This document shows, in pieces, positions 9,596 through 19,205 of a stretch of 64,000 nt of DNA (the first letter of the stretch is position 1; each line of letters starts with the position of its first letter). The notes under the pieces were generated by a model. The model saw only the letters and a list, made by a program, of their open reading frames with translations. It was not told the origin of the DNA and made no database searches. Source of the stretch: Longimicrobiales bacterium (lineage in GTDB: Bacteria > Gemmatimonadota > Gemmatimonadetes > Longimicrobiales > Gaopeijiaceae); NCBI GenBank assembly GCA_041690395.1, contig JAWLHJ010000001.1, forward strand, positions 256,001 through 320,000. The letters run 5' to 3'. The translations under genes were made by a program, and so were the position numbers.

Positions 9596-10576
9596 ATGGC
9601 GGTCATGACCTACCGCGAGGCGCTCAACCAGGCGCTGAGCGAAGAGATGGAGCGGGACCCCGACGTCTTCCTCATGGGTGAGGAGGTCGCCGAGTACGAC
9701 GGCGCCTACAAGGTGTCAAAGGGACTCCTCGAGAAGTTCGGCGACCAACGCGTCGTCGATTCGCCGATCAGCGAGCTGGGCTTCGCCGGACTCGGCGTGG
9801 GCGCGGCGATGGCGGGGCTTCGCCCGGTCATCGAGTTCATGACCTTCAACTTCGCGTTCCTCGCGATCGACCAGGTCATCAACAGCGCTGCGAAGATGTA
9901 TTACATGTCCGCGGGGCAGTTCCCGATGCCCATCGTGTTCCGGGGACCGACCGGAGCCGCGCTCCAGCTCTCCGCGCAGCATTCCCAGGCGTGCGAGACC
10001 TACTATTCGCACGCTCCGGGGTGCAAGGTCGTCACACCGGGGACGCCGGCCGACGCCAAGGGGCTGCTGAAGGCCGCCATCCGGGACAACGACCCGGTCG
10101 CATTCATGGAAGGCGAGCTCCTCTACAACATGAAGGGCGAGGTGCCGGACGACGACGACTTCATCATCCCGCTCGGGGTCGCCGACCTCAAGCGTGAGGG
10201 TGGAGACGTCTCGATCATCACGCACGGGAAGATGATCCATGTCGCGCTCCAGGCCGCCCAGAAGCTCGAGAAGGACGGCATAGAGGCCGACGTGCTCGAC
10301 CTCCGGACCATCCGGCCGCTCGACATGGACGCGATCCTCGAGACCGTGAAGAAGACGAACCGCGTCGTATACCTCGAAGAGGGCTGGCCCTACGCGGGCA
10401 CCGGCGCCCAGATCACGGCGATGATCCAGGAAGAGGCGTTCGACCACCTCGACGCCCCGATCCTGCGCGTGACCCAGGCCGACGTCCCGATGCCGTACGC
10501 CAAGGGCCTCGAGGCGATCGCCAAGCCGTCCGCGGACCGCGTCGTGAAGGCGTGCAACCGCGTGCTCTACCGCTGA
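9596..10576 (+). CDS. pdhB: Pyruvate dehydrogenase E1 beta
   Basis: GEEVAEYDGAYKV, DSPISELG, EFMTFNF, AQHSQ, DLRTIRPLD. Confidence 0.95.
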   Translation: MAVMTYREALNQALSEEMERDPDVFLMGEEVAEYDGAYKVSKGLLEKFGDQRVVDSPISELGFAGLGVGAAMAGLRPVIEFMTFNFAFLAIDQVINSAAKMYYMSAGQFPMPIVFRGPTGAALQLSAQHSQACETYYSHAPGCKVVTPGTPADAKGLLKAAIRDNDPVAFMEGELLYNMKGEVPDDDDFIIPLGVADLKREGGDVSIITHGKMIHVALQAAQKLEKDGIEADVLDLRTIRPLDMDAILETVKKTNRVVYLEEGWPYAGTGAQITAMIQEEAFDHLDAPILRVTQADVPMPYAKGLEAIAKPSADRVVKACNRVLYR

Positions 10577-10640
10577 ACGAACGACACCCCCTCACTCCGA
10601 AACGCCTCACCGGCGCCCGATTCCAGAGCGAGACAGAATC

Positions 10641-11951
10641 ATGGTAACGAAGGTCCACATGGAGGCCCTGAGCCCGACGATGGAAGAGGGCCAGCTCGTT
10701 CGTTGGCTCAAGAGCGAGGGCGACGAGATCTCGAACGGCGATGTGCTGGCGGAGATCGAGACAGACAAGGCGACCATGGAGCTCGTGGCGCGCGGGGCCG
10801 GCGTGCTGCGGAAGATCTTCCTCGCCGAGGGCGGCACTGCGGCGGTGGGCTCGGTCATCGGCGTGATCGCGGATGCCGACGAGGACATCTCGGGTGTGGA
10901 GGGCGCGTCGGGCGGTGGCGGTGACGCGTCCGGCGATGATGGGAAGGACGACGGGGCGGAGGCGAAGGAGGGTGCCGAGGAAGACGAGGCTGCTTCCGCC
11001 GAGGGCGACGAGGCATCCGAGTCGAAGTCGGCGGAGGCTCCTGCCGAGAAGAAGGGGGCTGCTCCCTCCGGCGAAGCCGCACGCACGTCCAGCGGCCGCG
11101 TGAAGGCCTCGCCCGTCGCGCGCCGTCTGGCCGACGAGGCCGGAATCGACATCGAGCGCGTCCAGGGCTCGGGCCCGGGCGGCCGGGTGGTGAAGCGCGA
11201 CGTGGAGGAGGCGAAGGAGAAGGGCGTCGCGGCACCCGCGGGCGGTCCCGCCCACGCCGGGCCCGAGTACGAGGACGTGCCGGTTTCACAGATGCGGAAG
11301 GCGATCGCCAAGCGGCTGGTCCAGTCCATCGGTCCGGTACCGACGTTCTATCTCACGATCGACGTCGACATGGGCCGGGTCATGGAGGCCCGCAAGAGCA
11401 TCAACGCCATGCTCGAGGGCGACGGGAAGAAGGTCTCGATCAACGACCTGGTCCTGAAGGCGACGGCCGGGGCGCTCGCGAGGCACCCGGAGTGCAACGC
11501 GCAGTGGCACGACGGCTTCATCCGCCGCTACAACGCCGTCCACATCGGCGTGGCGGTCGCCATCGACGACGGGCTCATCACGCCGATCGTGCGCGACGCG
11601 CACCTGAAGGGTCTGGCCGCGATCAGCGAGGAAGTGCGTGAGCTGGCGGGTCGGGCACGCGAGAAGAAGCTGCAGCCCGACGAGTACACGGGCGCGACGT
11701 TCTCGGTGTCCAACCTTGGGATGTTCGGCATCCACGAGTTCACGGCGATCATCAACCCGCCGGAGGCCGGGATCCTGGCGGTGGGCGGCATCGAGGAGAC
11801 ACCGGTGGTGGTTGACGGCGAAGTCGTGATCCGGCCGCGGATGAAGGTCACCATGAGCTGCGACCACCGGGTGATCGACGGGGCGCAGGGCTCGCGCTAC
11901 CTGCAGACGTTGAAGGCGATGCTCGAGGAGCCGGCGGCCATCCTGGTCTGA
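10641..11951 (+). CDS. pdhC: Dihydrolipoamide acetyltransferase E2
   Basis: Lipoyl domain ETDKA, E3-binding ASPVARRLA...GSGPGGRV, catalytic DHRVIDG. Confidence 0.95.
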   Translation: MVTKVHMEALSPTMEEGQLVRWLKSEGDEISNGDVLAEIETDKATMELVARGAGVLRKIFLAEGGTAAVGSVIGVIADADEDISGVEGASGGGGDASGDDGKDDGAEAKEGAEEDEAASAEGDEASESKSAEAPAEKKGAAPSGEAARTSSGRVKASPVARRLADEAGIDIERVQGSGPGGRVVKRDVEEAKEKGVAAPAGGPAHAGPEYEDVPVSQMRKAIAKRLVQSIGPVPTFYLTIDVDMGRVMEARKSINAMLEGDGKKVSINDLVLKATAGALARHPECNAQWHDGFIRRYNAVHIGVAVAIDDGLITPIVRDAHLKGLAAISEEVRELAGRAREKKLQPDEYTGATFSVSNLGMFGIHEFTAIINPPEAGILAVGGIEETPVVVDGEVVIRPRMKVTMSCDHRVIDGAQGSRYLQTLKAMLEEPAAILV

Positions 11952-12021
11952 TCGGTTCGCTTTTCCCCGCGACCGGCCCGTATCTTTCCTCCGCGATTCC
12001 CCGTTCGCCGAGGAGGCCGTC

Positions 12022-12765
12022 ATGGGTGCGCATAGGCGAGGTACGATCCTGATGGGCGTGGCCGTGCTGTTCACCGGATGCACTTCGGCGGGCGGTGGTG
12101 ACACGCCGGGCTTCGAGCCCGCCGCTTCTGAGCAGGCGAGTTCGGTGACGGCTCTGATGCTCCGTCACTACGATCACGCCCGGGCCCTCACGTCCGCGGC
12201 GATCTTCGGCAACGCCGACCGGGCCCACCAGTCCGCGGCCGCGATTCTGCGCGAGGCTCCCGTGGAGCCGCTGCCGTCCGACGCGCTTCCAGCCCGTGAG
12301 GCCTTCCAGTCGGCGGTGCGCTCCGTCGAGCGCGCGCGCACGGGGGCGGAGCTGGCCGGGACCGCTGCGGACGTCGCCCGACGATGCGGGGACTGTCACC
12401 TGTCCGCGGGGCTGGGACCGTCCTTCACCGTCGGGCGCATCGCCGATCCTGTGACGCCCGAAGACCACATCCGTGTGCTGGCCTGGGGATCGTCGCGTAT
12501 GTGGGAGGCACTCGTCGGCGGATCCGACCTCGCGTGGCGCGCCGGCGCCCGGGCTCTCTCGGGGCAGCCACTGAGGGAGGAGCTGTACGCCTCCCAAATG
12601 GCGGAGCCCGACGAGGGTCGAGCGCTCAGCGCCAGAATGCACGATCTCGGCGTCGAAGCGCTCTCCGTTTCCGAGCGAGGCGAGAAGGCCCGGATCCTCG
12701 GGGAGATCTGGGGGACGTGCTCGGATTGCCACGAGCTCGTCGGGTTGGGGTCGCAGCTACGGTAG
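12022..12765 (+). CDS. Putative diheme c-type cytochrome lipoprotein (helical, cytochrome c'-like)
   Basis: AGGAGG RBS, lipobox LFTGC, CGDCH (12385) and CSDCH (12718), each ending a helical half. Confidence 0.65.
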   Translation: MGAHRRGTILMGVAVLFTGCTSAGGGDTPGFEPAASEQASSVTALMLRHYDHARALTSAAIFGNADRAHQSAAAILREAPVEPLPSDALPAREAFQSAVRSVERARTGAELAGTAADVARRCGDCHLSAGLGPSFTVGRIADPVTPEDHIRVLAWGSSRMWEALVGGSDLAWRAGARALSGQPLREELYASQMAEPDEGRALSARMHDLGVEALSVSERGEKARILGEIWGTCSDCHELVGLGSQLR

Positions 12766-13884
12766 GTCCTTCTCGTACAGCCGCCACCGCCGGTACGCTT
12801 CGATGCCCATCGCCTCGAGCGGGGTCACCAGCGCCTGGTTGTCCTCGAGCACCCACGACGCCTCCGCGCCCTCGGCACCGATCGAGAGCGCCCGCCGGGC
12901 GGCTTCGTGCGCGAACAGGGGAAAGAGGCCGCGGTTCCGGTATGCGCGCTTGAGCCCGAGGAGCACGACCCGACCCCGAAGCACCTTCGGGATTCCGAAC
13001 AGGAGGCGGGCGATGTTCCACGGCCAGAGCCGCCCCGACGGAATCCGCGCCAGCACGCGGTTCGCGTCGCGCGCGATCATCATGAAGCCGACGATCTCGC
13101 CGTCGACCTCGGCCACGAACGAGAAGTCTTCGGCCAGCACGGCCTTGAGGTCCTTCGCCGTGTGCCAGAATTCGTCCCACGTCGGGGGGACGAAGCCCCA
13201 GTTTCCGGACCACGCATCCTCGTAGAGCTCGAGCACCTTGCGGGCCTCGCGCTCGAGCATCTGCACATCGAGCTCACGGAAGGTGATACCGCTCCGCTTG
13301 CGGGTGCGCTCGGCGAGTCGGGCCACGCGCTCTGGAACGGCGAGGCGGTCTCTGGCGGGAATCCAATAGCCGAGCAGATCCTTGGCCTTGGCGTAGCCCC
13401 GGACCTGCAGGAGATCCGCGTAGTAGGCCGGGTTCCAGGGCGTCATGAGCACGGGCGGGTGCTCGAAGCCACCGACCAGCAGGCCGCACTCGTGGTTCAT
13501 GGAGGGGCTCACCGGCCCGCGAGCCGATTTCAGCCCTCGCTCCCGTAGCCAGCTCTCCGCGGCCCCCAGCAAGGCCTCCGCGCCCTCGGCGTCGTTCTCA
13601 CACTCGAAGAACCCGAAGAACCCCGTGCGGTCGTCGTGATGCTCGTTGTGCCAGCGGTTCTCGATCGCCGCGACGCGTCCCACGGGCCGCCCGTCCCGTC
13701 GTGCGATGAAGAGCGCCCGGTCGGCCTTCTCGTAGAATGGGTTCCCACGGTCGTCGAGGAGGTCACGGACCACCGCCCGCAGCGGGGGGACCCAGGGCGT
13801 GCCGCGACCGGCCTGAACGGCCCACGCCACGTCCACGAACCGGGCGACGCCCCGCCGCCCCTCCACCCGTTCTACCCTGACCAC
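12757..13884 (-). CDS. YghO-like GNAT acyltransferase (bacterial ceramide synthase-like family)
   Basis: PWVPPL, NPFY, VGRVAA, GFFGFFEC, RGPVSPSMNHECGLLV.GF, WSGNWGFVP, SWVLEDN. Confidence 0.8.
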   Translation of the reverse strand: MVRVERVEGRRGVARFVDVAWAVQAGRGTPWVPPLRAVVRDLLDDRGNPFYEKADRALFIARRDGRPVGRVAAIENRWHNEHHDDRTGFFGFFECENDAEGAEALLGAAESWLRERGLKSARGPVSPSMNHECGLLVGGFEHPPVLMTPWNPAYYADLLQVRGYAKAKDLLGYWIPARDRLAVPERVARLAERTRKRSGITFRELDVQMLEREARKVLELYEDAWSGNWGFVPPTWDEFWHTAKDLKAVLAEDFSFVAEVDGEIVGFMMIARDANRVLARIPSGRLWPWNIARLLFGIPKVLRGRVVLLGLKRAYRNRGLFPLFAHEAARRALSIGAEGAEASWVLEDNQALVTPLEAMGIEAYRRWRLYEKDLP

Positions 13885-13971
13885 GCCGTCCTCCCTGTTG
13901 TGCCTGCCCCCGTCAGTCGTGCGGCCCCGAGTCTACGCCCGGACGGGGTGAGCGGGAAGCGGGAGCCGCCA

Positions 13972-15075
13972 TCACGACCCGCCGCGTGCCGCCCACTCGA
14001 CCGCCTTCACGTGGTGTTCGGCGGCGGAGGCGACCCACGCACGGAAGGCGGCGACCGAGGCGGGGGTGGGCGTCGGAAGGGTATCCCAGAAGTGGTCGAG
14101 GTCATCGTAGTCCCCGGCCCAGGCCGCGCCGTGCCGGGCCGCGTCCCAGGCGTTCAGCTCCTGCTCGTACTGCCCCGCCGTGGGCACGGCGAGCACCGGT
14201 TTCCCCAGGTAGAAGGCCTCGCACACGGCTTCGAACCCGGCCGATCCGACGAAGGCCCGGCACCGTCCTAGATCTCCGAGGAAGGCGTCCTGACTCAACT
14301 CGCAGGCCGTGAAGCCGCCCTCCGGCCGGGTCCGAAGCGCCGAGGCTCCGCCGTCGAGATAACAGCGGATCCGAACGTCCGGGCGGCCTCGATGCCAGTC
14401 GGCCAGCAGGTCTCCGTACCCCGGATTCAACGCGTAGGCCAGGAGAAAGCCGTCGTCGCTCGGCGTCATGTGGTCCAGCCCCGCGCGCAGGAGAGGCGGC
14501 ACGACCAGGAGCCGCTCGGAGGGCAACGGGCGACCGGGGCTGAACGACAGGGCCAACCGAATCCGGGCTCGGGCCGCGGTCGCCCGGTTCCATGCGAGCA
14601 CGGATGTCTCCGCCCACCCACCGCCCGGGAGGGGGTGCGTGTCCGGATGCAGGAAGACGTAATTGTGAGCGACCGCGACGGTGGGGATGCGGTTCCCGTG
14701 CAACACACGAGACAGGGCCGCCACGATATCGAGGAAGTTCACCACGACATCGAGACCACGTGTGCCCTCGTGCAGGAGCCTCGCTCCCCTCAGGAACCCC
14801 GGCGCCCGTTTGGCCACATCGGCGAGGGTCGCGAGCGGCGAAGCCCCGAGGCGCTTCCGGTCCGGGACTTGCACCGGAGCGTCGAACGTCTCGAGGGGTG
14901 CGCCGATCCCGTCCCGGAAGTAGTCGGGCACCGACCGGAACCGGCTCGTCCCGACCCAGGCGCGGGTCACTTCGTGTCCGGCATCCCTCAGGAAACGCGC
15001 GAGGGCCAGAGCCTGGGTCATGTGGCCACGACCTTCGCCCTGAACCACGAAGCCCACCCGGAGCGGCCTGGTCAT
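13972..15075 (-). CDS. GT-B glycosyltransferase (MJ1255-like)
   Basis: VQGEGRGH, SAGFEAVCEAFYLGKP, GQYEQELNA. Confidence 0.85.
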   Translation of the reverse strand: MTRPLRVGFVVQGEGRGHMTQALALARFLRDAGHEVTRAWVGTSRFRSVPDYFRDGIGAPLETFDAPVQVPDRKRLGASPLATLADVAKRAPGFLRGARLLHEGTRGLDVVVNFLDIVAALSRVLHGNRIPTVAVAHNYVFLHPDTHPLPGGGWAETSVLAWNRATAARARIRLALSFSPGRPLPSERLLVVPPLLRAGLDHMTPSDDGFLLAYALNPGYGDLLADWHRGRPDVRIRCYLDGGASALRTRPEGGFTACELSQDAFLGDLGRCRAFVGSAGFEAVCEAFYLGKPVLAVPTAGQYEQELNAWDAARHGAAWAGDYDDLDHFWDTLPTPTPASVAAFRAWVASAAEHHVKAVEWAARGGS

Positions 15076-15188
15076 GCGTCGGCCCCGGTCACTTTACCCT
15101 CCATGTCGGCGGCTCTACCTTCGTAGACTCCGTATTCCTGCGAACCAGACGGGGCACGTCCGCCCCCTTCATCGAAAGAGGAACCCGC

Positions 15189-16601
15189 GTGGCTGGTAAG
15201 AACGGCGAGCGTTTCGACCTGATCGTGATCGGCGGTGGCCCTGGTGGCTACGTGGCCGCAATCCGCGCCTCCCAGCTCGGCATGAAGGTCGCGTGCGTGG
15301 AGGACAAGCACCTCGGCGGCGTATGCCTGAACATCGGTTGCATTCCGACCAAGGCCATGCTGACGAGCGCTTTCCTGGTCAACGAGATGAAGGAAGGAGA
15401 GCGGCACGGGATCGTGGCGAAGGACGTGACCTTCGATCTGGGCCCCGCTCAGGAGCGGAGCCGACGCGTCGCGGACCAGATGCGGAACGGCATCGGGATG
15501 CTCTTCAAGAAGAACAAGGTGACGCACCTCGAAGGCTTCGGTCGGTTGAAGGGGAAGGGGAAGGTCGAAGTGGAGGGGCCCGACGGCAACCGGTCTTCCT
15601 ACGACGCCGACAACGTGATCATCGCCACCGGATCGCGCCCGCGCGATCTCCCGGTGCTGAAGATCGACGAAGACCGGATCTGGTCGTCGACCGGTGCGCT
15701 CATGCAGAAGAAGGCGCCCGAGTCGCTGTTCATCGTCGGAGCGGGCGCGATCGGCATGGAGTTCGCCGACGTGTACGCCTCCTACGGCACGAAGGTGACC
15801 ATCGTCGAGGCGCTCGATCGGGTGCTCCCGCTCGAGGACGCCGAGGTCTCCAAGTTCATGGAGCGGACCTTCAAGAAGCGCGGAATGGACATCCACACCG
15901 GCGCTCGCTTCCAGAAGGCCGAAGTGAAGGACGACGGCGTGACGGTCACGTTCACGAACGCGAAGGGCGAGGACCAGACGGTGGACGTGGAGTACGTCCT
16001 GTCGGCGGTCGGGCGGGTGCCCAACTCTCAGGACCTCGGGCTCGAGTCCGCCGGCGTGAAGGTCGACGACCGGGGCTTCGTCGTCGTGGACGAGTATATG
16101 CAGACGAACGTGAAGGGAGTCTACGCCGTCGGTGACGTGGCCGGACATCAGCTGCTGGCCCACAAGGCGAGTCACGAAGGCATCGTCTGTGTCGAGCACA
16201 TCGCCGGAGACGGGCACCACACCGTCGACTACGGCAACGTGCCGAACTGCACCTACTGCCACCCCGAGGTGGCTTCGGTCGGCCTGACCGAGGCGCAGGC
16301 CAAGGAGCAGGGGCACGACATCGAGGTGGGCAAGTTCCCCTGGGTCGGCGTCGGGCGCGCGGTCGCGGCCGGTCACTCCGAGGGCTTCATCAAGGTGATC
16401 CGTGACAAGAAGTACTCCGAGATTCTCGGAGCCCACATCGTCGGCCCGCACGCGACCGAGCTCATCGCGGAGTTCGTCGTCGGCCGCCATCTCGAATCCA
16501 CCGTGGAGGAGATGGAAAGGGCCATGCATCCGCACCCCACCCTGTCAGAGGGTGTGGCGGAGGCGGCGCTTGCCGCTCTCGGCCGGCCCATTCACATCTA
16601 A
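15189..16601 (+). CDS. lpdA: Dihydrolipoamide dehydrogenase E3
   Basis: GTG start after GAGGA; GGGPGGYVAA, GGVCLNIGCIP, HPHPTLSE. Confidence 0.96.
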   Translation: MAGKNGERFDLIVIGGGPGGYVAAIRASQLGMKVACVEDKHLGGVCLNIGCIPTKAMLTSAFLVNEMKEGERHGIVAKDVTFDLGPAQERSRRVADQMRNGIGMLFKKNKVTHLEGFGRLKGKGKVEVEGPDGNRSSYDADNVIIATGSRPRDLPVLKIDEDRIWSSTGALMQKKAPESLFIVGAGAIGMEFADVYASYGTKVTIVEALDRVLPLEDAEVSKFMERTFKKRGMDIHTGARFQKAEVKDDGVTVTFTNAKGEDQTVDVEYVLSAVGRVPNSQDLGLESAGVKVDDRGFVVVDEYMQTNVKGVYAVGDVAGHQLLAHKASHEGIVCVEHIAGDGHHTVDYGNVPNCTYCHPEVASVGLTEAQAKEQGHDIEVGKFPWVGVGRAVAAGHSEGFIKVIRDKKYSEILGAHIVGPHATELIAEFVVGRHLESTVEEMERAMHPHPTLSEGVAEAALAALGRPIHI

Positions 16602-16610
16602 GCTGACCTG

Positions 16611-17120
16611 ATGCAAGAAACCGAAACCACGGTGGACGCCTCCGACCTGGACCAACCCGCACCACGCGAGTGGTCGGTGGGTCAGGAGGAGGCGCTCCGC
16701 CTCTGGATCGCGCTGGCTCGATGTTACTCGAGCTTCGCGAAGGCCGTCTCCATGAAGATCCAGGAGTACGGACTGACCACACCCCAGTTCGGTGTCCTCG
16801 AGGCCCTCTTCCACCTCGGTCCACTCTCGCTGGGCGAGCTCGCTGAAAAGCTCCTCGTCACGGGCGGGAACGTCACCTACGTGATGGACCGATTGGAACA
16901 GCAGGGCCTCGTCTACAGGGAACGCTCGGAGGATGATCGTCGCGTGATCCAGGCCAAGCTGACCGTCGAGGGACGGAGTCTGGTCGAGAGCGTTTTCGTG
17001 GGTCATGCCGAGTTCGTGGAGCACCTCACCCGACACGTGGAGCCGGGTGAGCGCCGTCAGCTTCGCACGCTCCTGAAGAAGCTCGGCCGTGGCGTGGCGC
17101 GCGAGGATCTCGCGCAGTAG
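16611..17120 (+). CDS. MarR family transcriptional regulator
   Basis: LTTPQFGVL, wHTH GNVTYVMDRLE, DDRR...LT.EGR. Confidence 0.92.
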   Translation: MQETETTVDASDLDQPAPREWSVGQEEALRLWIALARCYSSFAKAVSMKIQEYGLTTPQFGVLEALFHLGPLSLGELAEKLLVTGGNVTYVMDRLEQQGLVYRERSEDDRRVIQAKLTVEGRSLVESVFVGHAEFVEHLTRHVEPGERRQLRTLLKKLGRGVAREDLAQ

Positions 17121-17145
17121 CTCCGCCGCGGGACGTCCCGGCCTC

Positions 17146-18381
17146 TCAGGCCGGCTGAGCCGCCCCCTGGTCCGATTGAAGCTCGATGCCGCGGATGGCG
17201 AGGACGCGCAGTAACGCCTCTCCGATCTTGTTGTTCGGCGTCGACGCCCCCGCGGTGATCCCGATCTGGAAGGGGCCCTCCGGCAGCCAGTCCTCGTCCA
17301 CGAGCTCATCGGCGGTAGGGTCGAGCTCCGGCTTGTGCCGGATGGTGCCCCGCTCCACGTCGATGCACGCGGCGTCCTCCACATGGAAGGTGCGCGTGTG
17401 CTGCCGGCAGAGGTGCGCCAGATGGTTGGTGTTCGAGGAGTTGTATCCTCCGATCACCAGCATGATGTCGGGCGGATCCTGCATCATCTCGGCGACCGCG
17501 TCCTGACGCTCCTGGGTCGCGGAGCAGATCGTTCCGAACGACCTGAAGTGCTCGGCCGCGTGCTCCTCGCCGAAGTGCTCGACCATGGCCTCGTGGACCT
17601 TCATGCCGATGGCGAGGGATTCCTTCGCGAGCATGGTCGTCTGGTTGGCGACGCCCACCTTCTCCAGGTGCACGTCCGGATCGAAGCCGGGCGTGGCCTT
17701 GGCCTCGAAGTGCTTCATGAAGGCTTCTCGGCTCAGGTGGCCGGGGCGCTTCGCGATGTAGTCGAAGACCAGGCTCGCCTCGTCCATGTCCCGTACGATG
17801 ATGTACGTGCCGCCTTCGTGCTTGTTGACCTGCGAAGCGGTCGCCCGGGACTCTTCGTGCGTGTACTTGCCGTGGATGAGCGCCGTGAAGCCGTCCTTCG
17901 CGTAGTTCTCGACACGCTTCCACACGTGCAATACCGACCCGCAGGTCGTGTCGACCAGGATGCAGCCGATGTCGCGGAGCGTGTCGAAATCGTGCAGCGT
18001 CACGCCGAACGCGGGCATGATGACCACGTCGTCCGGGCCCACGGACGAGAACTCGAAGGTGCCGTCGTCCTCGGGATAGATGAACTGGATGCCCATGTCG
18101 GTCATCCGCTGGTTCACGTGCGGATTGTGGATGATCTCGCCGACGAGGAAGATCCGCTTGTCCGGGAACTTGTGGACGGTCTCGTAGGCGTAGTCCACGG
18201 CCCGGTCGACTCCGTAGCAGAAGCCGAACTCCTGGGCGAGCCGGACGGTGACGTCGCCGAACTGGTCCTGATAGCCGCGTGAGCGGATACGTTCGACCAG
18301 CCCGGACTGATACTCCGCGTCGATGAGGGGACGGAGCTCCTTCTTGAGTCCGAAGCCCTTGCGGAAGTAGGTCTGCTCCAT
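17146..18381 (-). CDS. ispH: 4-hydroxy-3-methylbut-2-enyl diphosphate reductase
   Basis: FGFCYGVDRA, EIIHNP, DTTC, QTT, TICSATQERQ, GGYNSSNT, TAGASTP; ATG at 18381. Confidence 0.95.
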   Translation of the reverse strand: MEQTYFRKGFGLKKELRPLIDAEYQSGLVERIRSRGYQDQFGDVTVRLAQEFGFCYGVDRAVDYAYETVHKFPDKRIFLVGEIIHNPHVNQRMTDMGIQFIYPEDDGTFEFSSVGPDDVVIMPAFGVTLHDFDTLRDIGCILVDTTCGSVLHVWKRVENYAKDGFTALIHGKYTHEESRATASQVNKHEGGTYIIVRDMDEASLVFDYIAKRPGHLSREAFMKHFEAKATPGFDPDVHLEKVGVANQTTMLAKESLAIGMKVHEAMVEHFGEEHAAEHFRSFGTICSATQERQDAVAEMMQDPPDIMLVIGGYNSSNTNHLAHLCRQHTRTFHVEDAACIDVERGTIRHKPELDPTADELVDEDWLPEGPFQIGITAGASTPNNKIGEALLRVLAIRGIELQSDQGAAQPA

Positions 18382-18550
18382 GGGTGCTCTCGCGTTGCGG
18401 CTCGAAGTACGGCGTGAAAGAGGGCTTACCCCCTGCGGGCGCCGCCGGTCCGTGCTGGGCGGACGGTCCCCGGCACCAAAGGTGACGCACCCCGGAAGGG
18501 GCTTCAAGGCGGGACAGGAACCCCCCGGAAGCGAACCGGTAGGAGCCACC

Positions 18551-19090
18551 ATGAATCTATTCGGTCGGCTGTTCGTCCTCTTCGTGCTCGTTCCCGTCAT
18601 CGAGCTGGCGCTGCTCATCCAGATCGGGCGCGCGATCGGGCTCCTGCCGACCGTGGGCCTCGTATTGCTGACCGGGGCGGCGGGGGCGTGGCTGGCACGG
18701 GCTGAGGGTCTACGCGTTTTCTTCAGCTTTCAGAACGAGCTGCAGACGGGGCGTCTACCCGGTCAGGCGGTCTTCGACGGTCTCTGCGTGCTGGTCGGAG
18801 GCGCGCTCTTGCTGACGCCCGGTGTTCTCACGGATCTCTTCGGATTCGCGCTGCTGCTGCCACCGACGCGCCGGTGGATCCAGCGCCGCATGCGTCGGAG
18901 CCTGGAGCGGCGGATGCAGGACGGATCGGTGCGCGTGGTCACGTTCGGCTCGGGCGGGCTCGGTGGCTTCGGCTTCGGTGGTCCCCCCGGGGCCGGCGGT
19001 ACGCCGACCCCCGGCCAGAGCCGGCGTCCGGACGGAGAGCTCGGGCTCGATCCCACCAAAGGGATCGAGGTGGAGCCCGACGACCGTTGA
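18551..19090 (+). CDS. fxsA: FxsA family membrane protein
   Basis: AGGAG RBS; VPVIEL, GGALLLTPGVLTD. Confidence 0.88.
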   Translation: MNLFGRLFVLFVLVPVIELALLIQIGRAIGLLPTVGLVLLTGAAGAWLARAEGLRVFFSFQNELQTGRLPGQAVFDGLCVLVGGALLLTPGVLTDLFGFALLLPPTRRWIQRRMRRSLERRMQDGSVRVVTFGSGGLGGFGFGGPPGAGGTPTPGQSRRPDGELGLDPTKGIEVEPDDR

Positions 19091-19205
19091 GCGGGACCCG
19101 AGCCGACATTCCGCCGTCCTCCGACGCCGTGGACCGCTTTCGCGCTCGCGGATAACTTCCGGGTCCGGCACGCGCAGCCGTACTTCCAACCCCCCGAGGC
19201 CGCCC

